A DNA stretch of 59,677 bases, filler included, from Basidioascus undulatus (GCA_000826855.1; 6 parts of 6 records of this genome joined end to end with filler, not necessarily neighbours in it), one strand, 5' to 3'; numbered from the whole stretch's first letter, positions 23,120 through 36,476 are shown. Numbers and translations are program-made. The notes: a model not told the origin generated them from the sequence alone.

Positions 23120-25488
23120 CTAGATTGAGGATGCGGGAGTTGACGGGGCGGGAGGGGGGAGCTGTGCGGAAGCTCCGTTCGTGCTCGGCGGAGGCTGCGA
23201 TTGCGATGCGCTTGCCGGGCAGACATGCGGTGAAGCAGTCGCGCCATTGACCGCTGCCGAGCCCGCGCCTGGCGCCTCGCTGCAATTCGACGCTGCCGGC
23301 GCCGCCGCGGGTGCGTCTGGTACGCGGAGCACGCCGGCCTGCATGAGGAAGTCGAAGATGCGTCCGCTCTTGTTGACGTCGATCTTCATGAACTCGCGCG
23401 CCTCGCGCTTGCGGAGCTTCCCTCCCCGGCGCGCGTACTCGCGCACGAGCGTCTCCTTGATGACGAGGAACGGCTTGGGCAGGATGCGCAGCTGCGCACA
23501 GAGCGTCTGCTCGGCTGGCGTGAGGAGGTGCAGGCCGGCGGCGTTGGCGAGGTTGAGGGGCGCGGCTGTGAAATGGGAGAAGACGCGGAGAGGGGCCAGG
23601 GAGCGAAATGGAGTCAGAGGAACGACAAGGGAAGATAGTGAAGGAGGGTGGGGGACGAACCTGGCTTGCGGCCGGCAGCTTTAGGCGTGCCTTCTCGGCT
23701 CCGCCCGTCGTCGCTCGGGCCGCCCGCCGCCCCGAAGCTCGGTCGCTTGCCGGCATCGCGCCCGCGGGCAGTGGAGTGACGATCGGACGTGTAGACGGAC
23801 GAATCTCGCACAGGGAGGGGCCGATAGGAGCTCTGCAGTCCGGCACGAGCAGGGCGGCGTGAGTACCAATCTGTGAGGAGGCAGCGCCAGGGGGCGCAGA
23901 CACACCCGCGCGACCTTGTCCTTCTCGTACTTCTCCGCCTCCGCAAAGGTGGTGATGCCCATCCGCCGATACTCTTGCAGCTCCGCGATGCGCTTGCGTA
24001 TGTTCATCTCGACTGAGGGAGAGAAGCTTGAGCACAAAGTCACCTGGAATCATGACTGGGCGTTACGTACAGACAAGCCCATCCACAAAGGCCTCGTGCT
24101 CGCTAGCTGTGTGTAGCCGAGCGAACGGCTTGAGGCGGTTGACGTGCTCGCGCTCGTCTCGTGGCCGTTTCCGGTCGGCGGCTTGGATCTGTGGAAATGC
24201 GGGGAGGCTACGTTGCTTCATCAGGCGTTTCGGGGGAAAACACAGATGATACGCACCTTCTTATGCTCGAGCAAGCCACGGTCGAACAGCAATCGCTTGC
24301 CGAGTAACCGCCGGTCGACGCGCTCGTTGTACATCTCGAGCACGGCGAGCTTGAGTTTCAGGTCGCCCTCCGGCTCGTCTTCGATGACCTCCTCCAGGTT
24401 CGATCCGTCCTCCTCCCCTCCCTCCTTCTCCCCCTCCCCGTCCTCAGCCTCCTTCGGCGGCGGCGTCTTGGGCGGCGGCGCCTCGGGCTGCTCTGCCCCG
24501 CCAAAGTCGTACACGCGCCCGAACTCCATGTCCTTCACCAGCAGCTCCGCGTCGTTCTCGAGCTCGTGCTCGAACTCGAGTCGCCCGGGCATGTAGCCTG
24601 CGATCTCGTGGTTCGTCGGCGCGGAGGTGAGGGGCTTCTGCTTCGGCGGGGGGAGGACTGTTGCAGGAGTAATTAGTCAGTGAAACAGTGCCCGCTACTA
24701 AGGTGGAAGGAAACACACCAATAGGTCTGGAGCGCATTTCCTCGATGCGGGCCTTTTTCCGGGCGTGAAACGTATCTTGGTCGATGTCAAACTCCTTGTC
24801 CATCGGCTGATGCTCTCGCTCGTGTAAGCAGTAGGCGCGGGGAGACTGAGCTTGACCTCCACTCACAGGCATGCAGTTCTCCCCGCCGGAGAGGTAGACT
24901 TGGTGGTAGTGCGCTTCGACCTCTTCCTTCGTCCGGCTGCCGATGTGGTCGGCAATGTCCGCCCAGTTGCCGAGACCATACAACTGCGCCGCCTCAAGGA
25001 GAAGGAGCTCCCTGCCGCCGGCAAAATAAGTTAAAACAAGGGAAACGGGAATGTCCGGAGATCAAATACTTGCTCGTCTGCTCCCCAGTCTTCCGTAAAG
25101 ATCGGATAGGAATGTTGCTCCTGTATAGCGACCCGCTCGTCAGTTCGCAGGCCCCCATCTCAACCAATAAACGAAAACGACGCACCACGACCCGATAATC
25201 ATGCCATGCCTTATGCTTCCCCACCTCCTTACCCTCCAGAAAGCACGGCGGGCAGAGATCGACCTCCTCGCACGCGCCGGCGCATCGTATGCGCACAGTG
25301 TGCGTGATGTCGACTGCGCACGCATCGCAGTGATACCGGATACCCGGCTCTGACGCTGCAAAGTAAATTAATCAATATTTCGCACCGCAAGCCCCAGCCG
25401 TTTCTTTGCAATGTCGCTGGAGGTACGCACCTGGCGCGCGATCTGACCCCGAAGCCTGCGGCTGCGGCCGCTTATGCGTGACGGTCAT
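23120..25488 (-). CDS. ADA2: SAGA/ADA transcriptional adapter 2
   Basis: MTVTHKR start, ZZ finger (YHCDAC...DLCPPCF), SANT (YGLGNWADIADHIG), GYMPGRLEFEHELENDAE, SWIRM (KIDVNKSGRIFDFL). Confidence 0.95.
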
Positions 25489-25818
25489 AGCGAGCTGCCT
25501 CTGAAAATGTTCCCAAAAGATATCAGATATAGCTTCGAGCGAAAAGAATCAATTATTCCATAGCATACTCTTAAACAGCCTGCAGGTTGGGTGGAGATGA
25601 TGGTTGCAGGAGCGAAGCCACTTCGCGCTGCACGCGCGAGCTGCGTGGGCGTGGGAGTGTCTGGGTCATTATCTCCCTTCTTAGTCAGCAGCCTGACCGA
25701 CTGCCCTTCTCCCGGGGGCGGCGCTCTCCTGCTTAACTCGATACCATCATCCTCCCCAACCCTTTCTTCTTGATCTCGTCATATTGTCCGCATCTACGCC
25801 TGCCGCACCCCTCCTACC

Positions 25819-26956
25819 ATGTCCGACGCCGTCGTATTCAAGAAGCCCAAGGGTCGGCGCCCCGCCGGTCTCCGCCAGAAGACGCCGCCACCGGCGGTCG
25901 AGGAGGACGCGCCGGGCCCGTCCGCCGTCGCTCCGCGCAAGGAGAAGCAGTCCTCGAACCCGCTCCTCACCCATTCGTCGGGCTCGAAGCGCGCGCGCGA
26001 CAGCGAGGCCGAAATGGGCGGGCGCGTGGACGTGAACTGGAAGGGCACGGGCGCGGCGGCCAGCCAGAACAAGAACTACGCGACGCTCAGCGCGGACTGG
26101 GATCTGGAAGTTGGGGATGATGGACGGCCGCTGGAGAAGCGGCAGAAGCTGAAGGAGGGGGACGAGGTGCGTCGCTTTGCCTTCTCTAAGCGCGACCTGG
26201 GTGGGGGTGCTCATCTCGGTGCGGGGCGCGTGAAACAGATCGACCCGGAGAAGCTGGAGGATGGCTACTACCACGGCTTGGCGAACTATGCATCGCACAT
26301 CAAGAAGCCTGCAGATGGCGGTGGGATGTCGGCCAAGTTCCGCGCCGGCCCCGTACGAGCGCCCGCCAACGTTCGCGCCATCACGATCGTCGACTACCAA
26401 CCAGATGTGTGCAAGGACTACAAGGGTGCGTTCCTGGAACAGTCATTTCCGGACCCTCACGAGTACTGAGCTTTTCCTTTTGCAGAAACGGGATTCTGTG
26501 GTTTCGGCGATACCTGCAAGGTGCGTCTGCGCCTGCTAGCCTGACTCCAATATGCCCAGCTGACGCGTGTTCTCCTCGCAGTTCTTGCACGACCGTGGCG
26601 ACTACATGTCCGGCTGGCAGCTGGACAACGCGTGGGAGAAGGCGCAAAAAGCGAAGTCCGGCGGGGGCGGGAACGGGGACGACTCCGATTCGGACGACGA
26701 GGAGCTCCCCTTCGCGTGCCTCATCACGCGCAAGCCGTTCGTCGACCCCGTCGTCACGCGTTGCGGGCACTACTTCGAGAAGTCGGCCGCGCTCAAGCGC
26801 TTCCAAAAGACGCCCAAGTGCTACGCGTGCGGTGCAAGCACGGGCGGGATCTTCAACAGGGCGACGAAGGTCATCGAGAAGATGAAGGAGCGCGAGGAGG
26901 AGGCAGGGCGGGCGGACGAGGACGTGGACGGCGTGGCGCTGGAAGAGCCGGAGGAA
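25819..26956 (+). CDS. CWC24: Pre-mRNA splicing factor Cwc24/RNF113 (3' end lost in gap)
   Basis: GPVRAPANVRAITIVDYQPDVCKDYK|ETGFCGFGDTCK|FLHDRGDYMSGWQLD CCCH finger plus C-terminal RING-like domain ending TGGIFN. Confidence 0.93.
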
Positions 26957-27056
26957 NNNNNNNNNNNNNNNNNNNNNNNNNNNNNNNNNNNNNNNNNNNN
27001 TTAATTAATTAANNNNNNNNNNNNNNNNNNNNNNNNNNNNNNNNNNNNNNNNNNNN
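26957..27056. other. Artificial contig spacer
   Basis: N44-TTAATTAATTAA-N44, 100 nt, stop codons in all six frames. Confidence 0.97.
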
Positions 27057-30000
27057 CCCCATGCACCCCCCTCCCCCCCCGCGCCGACCACCTTCCCAAC
27101 CGCGCGCACAGCGCGCCCACCGCGAGCGCAAGTTCGACGCCGACTTTGATCGGCGACTGCCCCTCCCCTCCCAACCACCCGCGGACGACTCCGCCCGCAA
27201 GCTCTTCGATCCTTCCGCCCCTCCCTCTCCCCCTACCACGTCCCGCGGCCAGCGCGCTCCCCCTCCTCCTCCTACCGCTCCCTCCCGGCAACTCTTCGAC
27301 CCGCGCCGAGACGACCCTGTCCGGTTCTCGCTCCTCAAGCGCGGGGCCGACCACGTCTCCGCGACGTCCACGTCCGCCTCCTCCTTCCGCACCGCCTCCA
27401 CGTCCGCCACGACCTCGCACCCGGAGGAGGAGCACGAGCGGCAGCGGGATAAGGAGCGCGAGCGCCGCAAGCGCGCAGTGGCCCGCAGCCAGTCGTCCTC
27501 CAAGGACAGCAACAGCCGGAGCTCCAGCGGCAGCGGGAGCAAGAAGGACAGCAAGCGCCACGAGGCCGAGGGCGGCGCATTCGTTGCGCAGCTCAAGCGC
27601 GCATATCGGGATATCATGGATACCGAGAGCCGCCTCGCCGAGGAGCGCAAGGTCGTGGGCGAGGGCAGGGAGGGGAGGATCGGCGTACTCGGCAAGGAGG
27701 GCGCCGCGAACGATAGCATGTGGATTCGGATAGCGACCAAGCACAAAAAGTACGTCTTTCCTACTTGCCGGTCGGTGGATTTTGGAGGACGTGGCCTGAT
27801 CATCACTTGGCACCCGCTCAGCCTCGCAGATGCCTACCACTTCTTTCTCCAAACCTCGCTCGCCCCGCACACTCCCGCCTCCCTCCACGCCCTCCCACAA
27901 AAGTACAACATTCCGACCCGCCTCTGGCAAAACGCCTTCCACGGGCTGCTCGAGCGCATGCGTGCCTCTCTCAACCCCTCCCCCTCCTCCTCCTCTTCCA
28001 CCTCCACCGCCGCCGCCGCCTCCGGTCGCCGACAAGTGGACGAGAAGGTTCTAGATCACCTCACCGACTTCATCTACCACGCTTACTCCTTCTACACGAA
28101 CCTGCTCGAGGAGCCGACGCTCTCGCCCTTCCGCACGTCCTGGATCGAGGCCCTCGGGGACCTCGCCCGCTACCGCATGGCCGTCGCGTCCCTCTCCGCG
28201 CAGCTCTCCGGGTCCGCTGCGGGCGGGAGCAGTGGGTCCGCTCCGTCGCCGCCGCCCCTCTCGGAGCCCGAGCCGCGGGAGGCGCGCATCGACGACTCGG
28301 AGCCCGCGGAGGCGGCGAGCATCGGACTGTCTGCGCTCGCGCAGGGCGGGTTCGATGTCGAGGAGAGGGAGACGTGGAGGGGCGTCGCGAGAGACTGGTA
28401 TGGCAAGGGGCTGCGGGAAATGCCCGGTACGGGCCGCTTGCATCACCATCTCGGCATCCTGTGTCGAGGGTCGAGCGAGGAGGGCGAGGACCTGCGGGGT
28501 CTGTACCATCTTGCGAAAAGGTGCGCTTCATCCTTCCCTTTCCTTCCATACGTCGTCAGAAGCTGATCCCTTCGACTTTCCGCAGCCTCACCACCTCACA
28601 TCCCTACGTTCCCGCACGCGAGTCCATCCTCGCGCTCTTCGACCCCGCCCTCCAAGCGACACGCACCGCGCCCGACGCGTCGTCGCCGAACCTCTTCGTG
28701 CACCTGCACGGCCTCCTCTTCACGCGCATCCAGCTCGACGATTTCCCCGACGCGCTGGCGCGCTTCCTCGAGCGCCTCGAGGCGGAGTTCGCGCGCGTGC
28801 CCGAGAGCACGTGGATGATGATGGCGATCATCAACATGGCCGGGCTGCTCCAGTACGGGGCGGACGACGGGCTCGTCAAGAAGAGCGAGGACGCCGGGAA
28901 CTTGCGGCGCACGCGCCGGGAGGACAAGACGCCTCAGCCCCAGGCAATCATGATCCACGCCAAGTCGACCGCCGCCGCCGCGCCCGAGGGCGAGTTGGAG
29001 GTGGACGAGCACGGCCGCGCGGAGGTGCCCGAGGTGGAGGACGACGTCGAGGGCGAGATCGTCCCGCTTACGGAGCGCGTGTCGATCCACGACGAGATGA
29101 GCATCCCGATCGCGTTCAAGCACGCGCAGCTCCTCGCGTTCTCCGTCCTCGCGCTGTGTCTCCGCCAGCCGAGGGCGACGTCCCTCCCCGGCGCGCCGAT
29201 CAACCCCTACATCACCGTCTTCCTCACCTTCCTCTCGACGATCTTCAAGCAGCCGTCGACGCTCGCGCTCCTCGAGCGCGCCGTCCCCTGGTCCGCGCTC
29301 GTCGACTTCCTCAACCGCATGCCCAAGGACGTCGGGCGCGGCCTCGCCTCCGCGGACGCGAACGCCGCGCCGGGGCGGCTCATCTCCGGCGCGCCGCTCC
29401 CGGAGGACTTCTGCGTGCGCGGCATGGAGTGGGTCGGCCGCAAGGTGTACGAGCGCGGATTCTGGAAGGCGCGCTCAAACTCGGGCCGCCTCGCAGCGGA
29501 CACGCGCGCGGACGCGCCCCCGCCCATCCCCGGCACGGCGTACCAGTCCGAGATGGAGGTGCTTTGGTCGGATAGGGACGGGGCCGACCCCGAGGCGCTC
29601 CTCCGCGACGGGATTATCGACGACGCGGAGGACGGGCCCGACTCGGACGACCCAGAGTCGCCCCTCTACCTTGCCCAGCGCCGCTGGCGCCGCGTCGCGT
29701 TCCTCGCCAACGTCCTCGCGCGCCACGTGTCGGGCTTTGCGCTCGCCCCCGGGCGCGGGTGGGCGATTACGGGCCGGCTCGAGGCGAAGATTGCTGGGTG
29801 GCGCAGGGAGAGGGAGGAGAAGGAGGAGGCGGAACGGAGGAGGGTTCGCGAGCTTTATGCGCGTGCCGAGAGCGACGAGGAGGACGTCGTGGAGAGCCAG
29901 GAGAGCCAGGATGAGGAGGAGGATGAGGACGATTCGGAGGAGATCCGGGAGCTCAAGGTGCGTTTCCTCCTTCCTCGCCACTTCATGTTGCTGGGTGTAG

Positions 30001-30793
30001 GCTGACTAGAGTGGGATTGCAGGCACGCCGCCGGGAGCTCAGGCGCCTCATGCGCGAGAACAAGCGCGGCGAGTCGCTGTCGGCGCGGGACGCGCTTGCG
30101 TCCATGCGCTCGCGGACGGACGCGGCGAGGCAGCGCCTCGCGCTCAACGTTGTCGCCGGCTTCACCATCCTCGTCTTCGACACCAATATCCTCCTCTCGT
30201 CCCTGCCGATGTTTTCCGACTTTGTCGAGTCCACGCGGTGGACAGTCGTCATTCCTCTTGCGGGTGCGTTCGCTGTTTCGTCGCGATGATCAGACGTCCG
30301 AGATGCTGACCGCTGACTCTTACTCTTACGGCATCCCACAGTCGTTACCGAGCTCGATGGCATCAAGCTCTCCCCGACCCCGCTCGGCGCCGCGGCAGCC
30401 TCGGCCATCTCGTACCTCGAGAGGCGGATCAAGACGCACGCGAAGGCGCTCAAGGTGATGACGTCGAAGTACAACTATCTCTCTGATCTGCGCCTGCGGT
30501 CCGAGGATCTCGGCCCGCGCTTTGGCAACGACGGCGAGGACGACCGGTTCTACGCTCACACGATGGACGATCTCATCCTCCGCGCGGCCGTCTGGCAGCG
30601 CGAGCACTTCGTCGACCGCTCGCACCTCCTGCGCCCCGACGCCCCCGCCCCCGCGGAGGCGACGACCGCGCGCGTCGTTCTGGTCACGTTTGATAGGAAC
30701 CTTCGCTTGAAGGCGCGCGCGGAGGGCGTGCAGGCTGCCGACGAGCGCGAGATGGCCCGCTTGTGGCAGTATGAGAAGGAGGCGGTCGGCTGA
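27057..30793 (+). CDS. SMG6/EST1A-like NMD factor: Est1 TPR domain plus C-terminal PIN nuclease (5' possibly truncated)
   Basis: LPQKYNIPTRLWQNAFH, WIEALGDLARYRMAV, PGTGRLHHHLG, LHGLLFTRIQLDDF, PLPEDFCVRG; PIN motifs LVFDTNILL, VTELDG, DDLIL, VTFDRNLRLKA. Confidence 0.88.
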
Positions 30794-33062
30794 GCCGGCG
30801 GCGCTGCCACACTACTCGCTCTCATCTACGTTACCTACCCTCCACCCTACCCAGACATACGTTCCGTCTCTCTCGCCTTCGTCGGCGACTAGACGCGCCG
30901 CGTCGCTTTGCCGAGCGCCCGCGGTGCACGGCGGGGAGCCGTACCCCACCCACCACCTGCCCTACCATCTCTCATCTTCACCCCACCTGCTCACCCTCCA
31001 CGCAAAGCGTCCGCCCCGTCGGCGCATCCCTCTCCCCCGCATGCCCCTCGGACCGTTCGAGCTTTCCTCTTGTTTCTTCGTCGTATTTCATTTATGGTTC
31101 TCCGTGTTCCAAGTTCTCGTTCTATTGCTCTTGCTGTTTCTACGGTTCTACGGTTGCTTTGTTCCATTTTGTTTTGTCCACCGCCTCTCCGCCGCCGTGC
31201 TGGCTGGCTTCCACGCTCATTCATCCATCTACATCCATCATCTCACCCATAAACCGCCCACTACGTTCGTTCATTGTCGTTCGTTCATTGCAATGCTCTT
31301 GCCGCCTGCATCGCTTTCCCCTTTCTCTTCGGTCTGTAAAGGTTGCTTTCGTTTACCTGTCATCTTCCGTATTAGCTTTCGGTACTGGTCCGGCTGTATC
31401 ATTACGACGCTGCATTTTGCGCGCACTTGAATGATTGGGCTACATAAGGCTGTGGAGTGCGAGCTGTGCTGTGCTGATGAGGTGCAGATGACGTGCTTCG
31501 AGGCACAGGCAGGCAGCGTCACGGTTGTCACCGCACCAGAGCCACATCTCATACTCGTGAGTGACCGGAAACGTGGCACAAAGGGAAAAGCACCACATGC
31601 TCAGAATCGGAAGAGGCGACCAGTGCACGCTTGAACAGCGAGACGAGGAGCCACCACATGCAGAGAGGGATGAGCGCGAGGAAAAAGCGGGCGGGACGGG
31701 GGAGGAAGCCATGCCAGCATGGTGTGGGTGTGGGTATGGAAGGTGTGTAGGAGGGGCGAGGTATAGATGGGGGTAGGGGGGTGCGGGTGTGCGGTGCGGT
31801 GCGCGGATGGGAGTGAGAGGAAGACAAGAAGACGCTGCGTCCCCAGCGCGCCACTTGTAGCCCTCGCAGCCCACCCTGGGGCCGCCGCGTCATCAAGAAT
31901 CGCCCTAACTCAGACCAATGAGATTAAAACGGGCGCTAACTTCACATCGCTCAGACCAACACTCCGGCGCACGGATCTGGAGAGGTCGGTCTGCGGCGCC
32001 GTTGCGGTTCAGACCAAGTTGCGTTTGGACCGGCTGCTGCATCTGGCACTCGCTACCACCGCGATAGGGTACTGGAGCTCCTGGGATGCCGTGTACAGGA
32101 CCATTTGGTTTGTTTTATACTAATGATTGGGAGATCAAGATTCTCTTCACACTCGGGGATTGGCAGCGAAGTTCGCCGTGCCTTGCAACCGAAAGGATGC
32201 AATGGGGCCTGGTGCCGTGCCTGCCTATGATTCGGACTTGGGCATCGTTCAGAGCGTGCGGGAAAAAAGCACCATGCCAAATGCAGATGAGCAGTTCTCC
32301 GATGACGGCAGATTCATCGCGCGAGCTCTCTATCCATGAACGCCAATACAGTGCACAGTGCGTGTGCGGAAGCTCACATTCGTGCAGTCACTGCCCAGAC
32401 ACGGAGCCTTCGAAGCGCTAGGACATCGCTTCAGAATGGGAGCAGGCAATCAAGGGTTCGGGTGGGACATTGAATGGGCGTTCGTGTATGTGCTCCAGTC
32501 TGGACGTGCAAGTCAGGCTTCCCTGCATGCCGCGCAGTTTTGAAAAACGACGAAACAGGCGTTAGACAGCCCTGACAATGGTTAGTGAACGAGCTGTCGC
32601 AGCCCCGGCCTCGCGCGCGTCGCATTGACTTGATGTGAACAGGGCAGGTCCTGAAAATGTGGAAGTGAAGCGATGCTCAGGAGTCTTGTCGGTCGGTTGT
32701 GGCTTGACTGCGTAAATGGGGGAGGTGGTGGTCGGACAGTGCGGCAGTGCCGCAAGCGAGTTCGAGTTAAGGAGAGCGGAGAAGCACGAGACGTGCGGTC
32801 CGAGTGAACCGGGGTAGAACGGAGGGAAGGGAATGGAGACTGGTAGGACGATGTGTGGTGGGAAGAGTCCATCAAGCGCACGACGCGCTGAGTAGGCTCG
32901 CCATCTAACAGAAAGGAGAACGCAGTGGGCAGATGGGATTTGATGTAGCGATGCAGGATGCCATGGATAAATGTGAACATGAACAGAATGCGGTATGAGA
33001 TATCGCCGGGAAGAGCGGGAGGGGGTTGGGGATACGTGGGTCGGGATTTGCGGGGAAGGAGG

Positions 33063-33504
33063 TCATTGTTGGGCGGATCGCGCAAAGTTGACTGCTGGTC
33101 CGCGGGCGCGCTGGGAGACCGCCAGGTGTGCTGTTTGTCCATCGCACGAGTTCAGTACCCAATGCGCGTACCCAAGACTGCCTGCGAACTCCAGGCGACT
33201 CACCCGGCCTTCTCAGCGCCTCCTTGCCCTTCACCTTCCCCTCCTGCCCCTGCGCCTGCCTCATCCCCAGCGCCTTCCCCAAGAACCTCCTGACCTTCTT
33301 CTCCTCCCGTCCCTCGCCGCCACCGTCCTCCTCCGACAGAAGGCGCACGGCCTTCCCCTCCCCCACGAGCCGCTCGCGCCCCGCGCGCTCGTACGCTGCC
33401 TTCTGCCGCCGGCGCCGCTTCTTCTCGCGCGTGGAGGGCGCGCCGGGCGGACGCGTGGAGGTGGGGGAGTGGGTGGAGGTGAAGGTGCTGGGGAGGAACA
33501 AGTA
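33063..33504 (-). CDS. 3' part of a basic hypothetical protein (5' in gap)
   Basis: Open frame from the gap (STREKKRRRQKAAYERAGRERL...RRP), GTGAGT..CAG intron, last exon AHLAVSQRARGPAVNFARSAQQ*; typical high-GC3 codons. Confidence 0.55.
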
Positions 33505-33604
33505 NNNNNNNNNNNNNNNNNNNNNNNNNNNNNNNNNNNNNNNNNNNNTTAATTAATTAANNNNNNNNNNNNNNNNNNNNNNNNNNNNNNNNNNNNNNNN
33601 NNNN
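33505..33604. other. Artificial contig spacer
   Basis: Same N44-TTAATTAATTAA-N44 linker. Confidence 0.97.
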
Positions 33605-33759
33605 ATGAAGACAACCTCGCACACCAGCGACCGACAAGACACGAGCGGTAGTAGTAAGAGGACGATTGATGGACGTGCGTAACAATCACCTTCCTCCTGA
33701 TTCTACCGTACTCCACCAGTGCTTTCTTAGGGCTGACGTTCGCTCCTCGGCACCCGCAG

Positions 33760-33879
33760 ATCGCCTCCGTCGCCAAGCAGGGCATCCAGCCCCCGCCCGT
33801 CAGCGACGACGCCGCGCGCGCCAACCCGCTTGGCGAGGTGCCCAAGATCCCCGTCGAGAAGTCCGGTGGCGGTGTCTAG
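33760..33879 (+). CDS. Terminal exon of an unidentified gene (rest in gap)
   Basis: CTGAC branch and CAG acceptor, then IASVAKQGIQPPPVSDDAARANPLGEVPKIPVEKSGGGV* with strongly biased codons. Confidence 0.55.
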   Translation: MASVAKQGIQPPPVSDDAARANPLGEVPKIPVEKSGGGV

Positions 33880-34415
33880 ACGGTTGATGTTTCCTCCTTG
33901 GAGCCGTGATGACTTGTGATTCTTTCTACGTTCTGTTGCACCCTCCGTTCTTTCCGTTACCTTACCCCTGTCTCTTTGCTTGTTCTGGCAGATCCATGAA
34001 GTAGATGATGAACCGGGATAGTTGTTGGCATCCGGGTGCGACTGCATGAGAGAATTTTCGCAATGCGCCCCCTAGGTTCCGCATCACCTTCAGCGTTTTG
34101 TGGCAAATGAGGAGGCTGTGAAACCTGATTGATATCAAGCAGTCAGTTCGCGTACAATCACTCAAAAGTCATCTGCAGAATCCTCCTCAGTTCCGAGCAA
34201 CGCAAAAATTGTGGTATTCTAAATGTAACCGGATGTTCGTGAGCTGGGGCAGTGGAACATGGCAAGACGGCGAAGTCAAGAGAAGTTCGCACTGGCTCTG
34301 ACATGACAGCAACGCTCGACCGCCCCCCACCGTCCTTGACCGTCCCTTGACACCGACCACCATCATCTCCCGATTCGAACTTCTTCAAAAACATCAAAAA
34401 CCAATCCACTCGAAC

Positions 34416-35323
34416 ATGAACTCACACTCGACCGAGTCGACGCGGGTTTCTCCGGGCTTCACGACTGCGACCGACTTTGCGCTGCGTTCCGCAGACGGGG
34501 TCGTCTTTTACGTCGACCGCCTCATCCTCCAGGCAAACTCTTCGTTCTTTCGCGCAATGCTCGAGCTCCCTAATCCGCAATTCTCGCTCTGTAGCGTCCA
34601 CCGACGAAGAGCCGCCGTCCAAGCGCACTCGCACACAGCTGCTAGAGGAGGTCATCGACGTCGAGGAGAAGAGCGCCACCCTCGAGCCTCTACTCGTGCT
34701 TCTCTGCCACTTGCCTGACACACCTACTTTCGAGTACGTGTCCGACATCCATCGCGTTGCCAAACTAGCCGACAAGTATGACTGCCGCGGTGTGCTCTAC
34801 ATGCTGCGCGGGCCGCTTGCCAGTCTCGCTCTACCCGATCGATGCGTACGCGCTAGCCGCGCACGGCTTCGAGAGCGAAGCCAAGCGCGCATCAACATTT
34901 ACGCTCAACATGAACCTCGATGACTTGACTGCAGAAGATGGCGATCTCGTGGGCACTCGCTATGTCCACCGCTTGATGCAGCTTCATCGCTCGCGTTATG
35001 CTAAACCTGTCTTTATCCTGAAGGAGCACAAGATTATCGACGCGCGCGACAGCACTCCTGAAAGCCATGGTCATGGCATTGACGACTTCCACAGGTGGTG
35101 GGCATCCTGGTCACGGTCCTCATTGACGATCTTCCCGCCATGCGGTTCCCGCTGGACAAGCACTTCAGTTCTGTCTTCTTACACCGAGAAGGTGTGTTCA
35201 GCTACCTGGCTGAAGCATAGAGAGCTCAATAACCGCTATTGCGTTCCTCGCGAAAACGCCGTGGTCGACGCATGCAAGGCAGTGGAAAAGCTGTGGGCTG
35301 CACAATTGCCGACGTCGATCTAA
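34416..35323 (+). pseudogene. Intronless BTB/POZ gene with two frameshifts
   Basis: DFALRSADGVVFYVDRLILQANSSFFRAMLELP / IDVEEKSATLEPLL...LADKYD / YPIDAYALA...EAKRAS lie in three different frames (shifts near 34585 and 34830) without usable introns. Confidence 0.75.
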
Positions 35324-36476
35324 GGTGCGCGGGGGGATGGCCTTGAGCGCTGCTGGATAGGCTTTCTGTCTTTCATTTCTTGATATGCTGGGGCAGGAGA
35401 GCGCGGTGGTCTCCCAAGAAGATCTGCGAGTCGGGCATATGCATTTGATTGTGTCTTGCCATGCGTGCGCAGCAACTGCCAGACGTTGTTCGGTGCCTTT
35501 GGTGGGATGCTGAAGTTCGCCACTCAAGGTCCAAATGCACAGCCGAACTTGGAGATGCGATCTCGCAATGTCCGCAACGTCTTCCGTTTGGCTACGGGTG
35601 CACCCTGAGTCGAGCCCCCAAGTTATTAAACGGAGACTTACACCCACACTGCTCAGCGACCTCAGAGCTGGATTGGCTCACATGCCTAGGCTAGTCAACA
35701 ACGCCTTGTTACCTGTGATACCATGAAGGCTGCCGAATCGCTTATGGGGGGCTCGCTTGTCAACAGCAACGATCGAATCGGCGTTTGCACCACTGACATG
35801 CTCTGGGGACCCGGTTTCCCTTGCTGCCCTCACAGAGTCTGCGGCAATCGGTAAAACAGCCCGGTAAGGCAAATTGCTGACAGTCAGCGCGAATTGCTAC
35901 GCTGCCGGAGAAAGAGTTGGTTCACTTGAGAAATAAGGAACCGCCCCAGTTGAGGCTTTGCTTATATGCACTAGTAGGTCTGTTGGAGTCTCGGAACGTT
36001 TCACAGGCTTGAAAATATCAAGGACACTGTTCACCTGGCCATCACTGTGTTTACATAGAATGGACAACAAGCGCACGGGGCTGCACTGTCAACAGACGTC
36101 TCGGTGCGTTCCGGGTGACATCGCAAAAGCTTGGAAGATGCACTCGTTTGTGCGGATGGCCGCTGAAACGGAATCGGCACTAGCTTTGATGTAAAGCCCA
36201 CCTCAACTTCAGCCCAAGACGTCGCACAGGCACAATGGGACCGCGTGTTCAGTACCACCAAGAACTCCTCTCTTTGTCTGTGACAACACCTGTGTTTAGG
36301 CACATCACAAAAATCAAGTCTCACAAACTTTTGTTGAACAACAGTACAAAGGGTCACGCCTGTAAGTCGACTGCATAAGAACGCAACTCGTCCTCATCAC
36401 AGCTGCACAGTTCTTCGAGCTTCAGCACCTTTGCACTTTCCGCCTTAACACCGAGCAGCCCGCCCAAATTCAACAC

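Noticed and set aside
27001..27012. Palindromic TTAATTAATTAA recurring five times
   Set aside because: Always centred in exactly 100-nt N spacers; a standard all-frame-stop linker, not biology. Adjacency and distance across gaps are unverified.
30794..33060. ORFs and GT/CT-rich tracts between the SMG6-like gene and the next gene
   Set aside because: Look like long UTR or low-complexity sequence; fragments near 31950-32540 gave no coherent frame or family.
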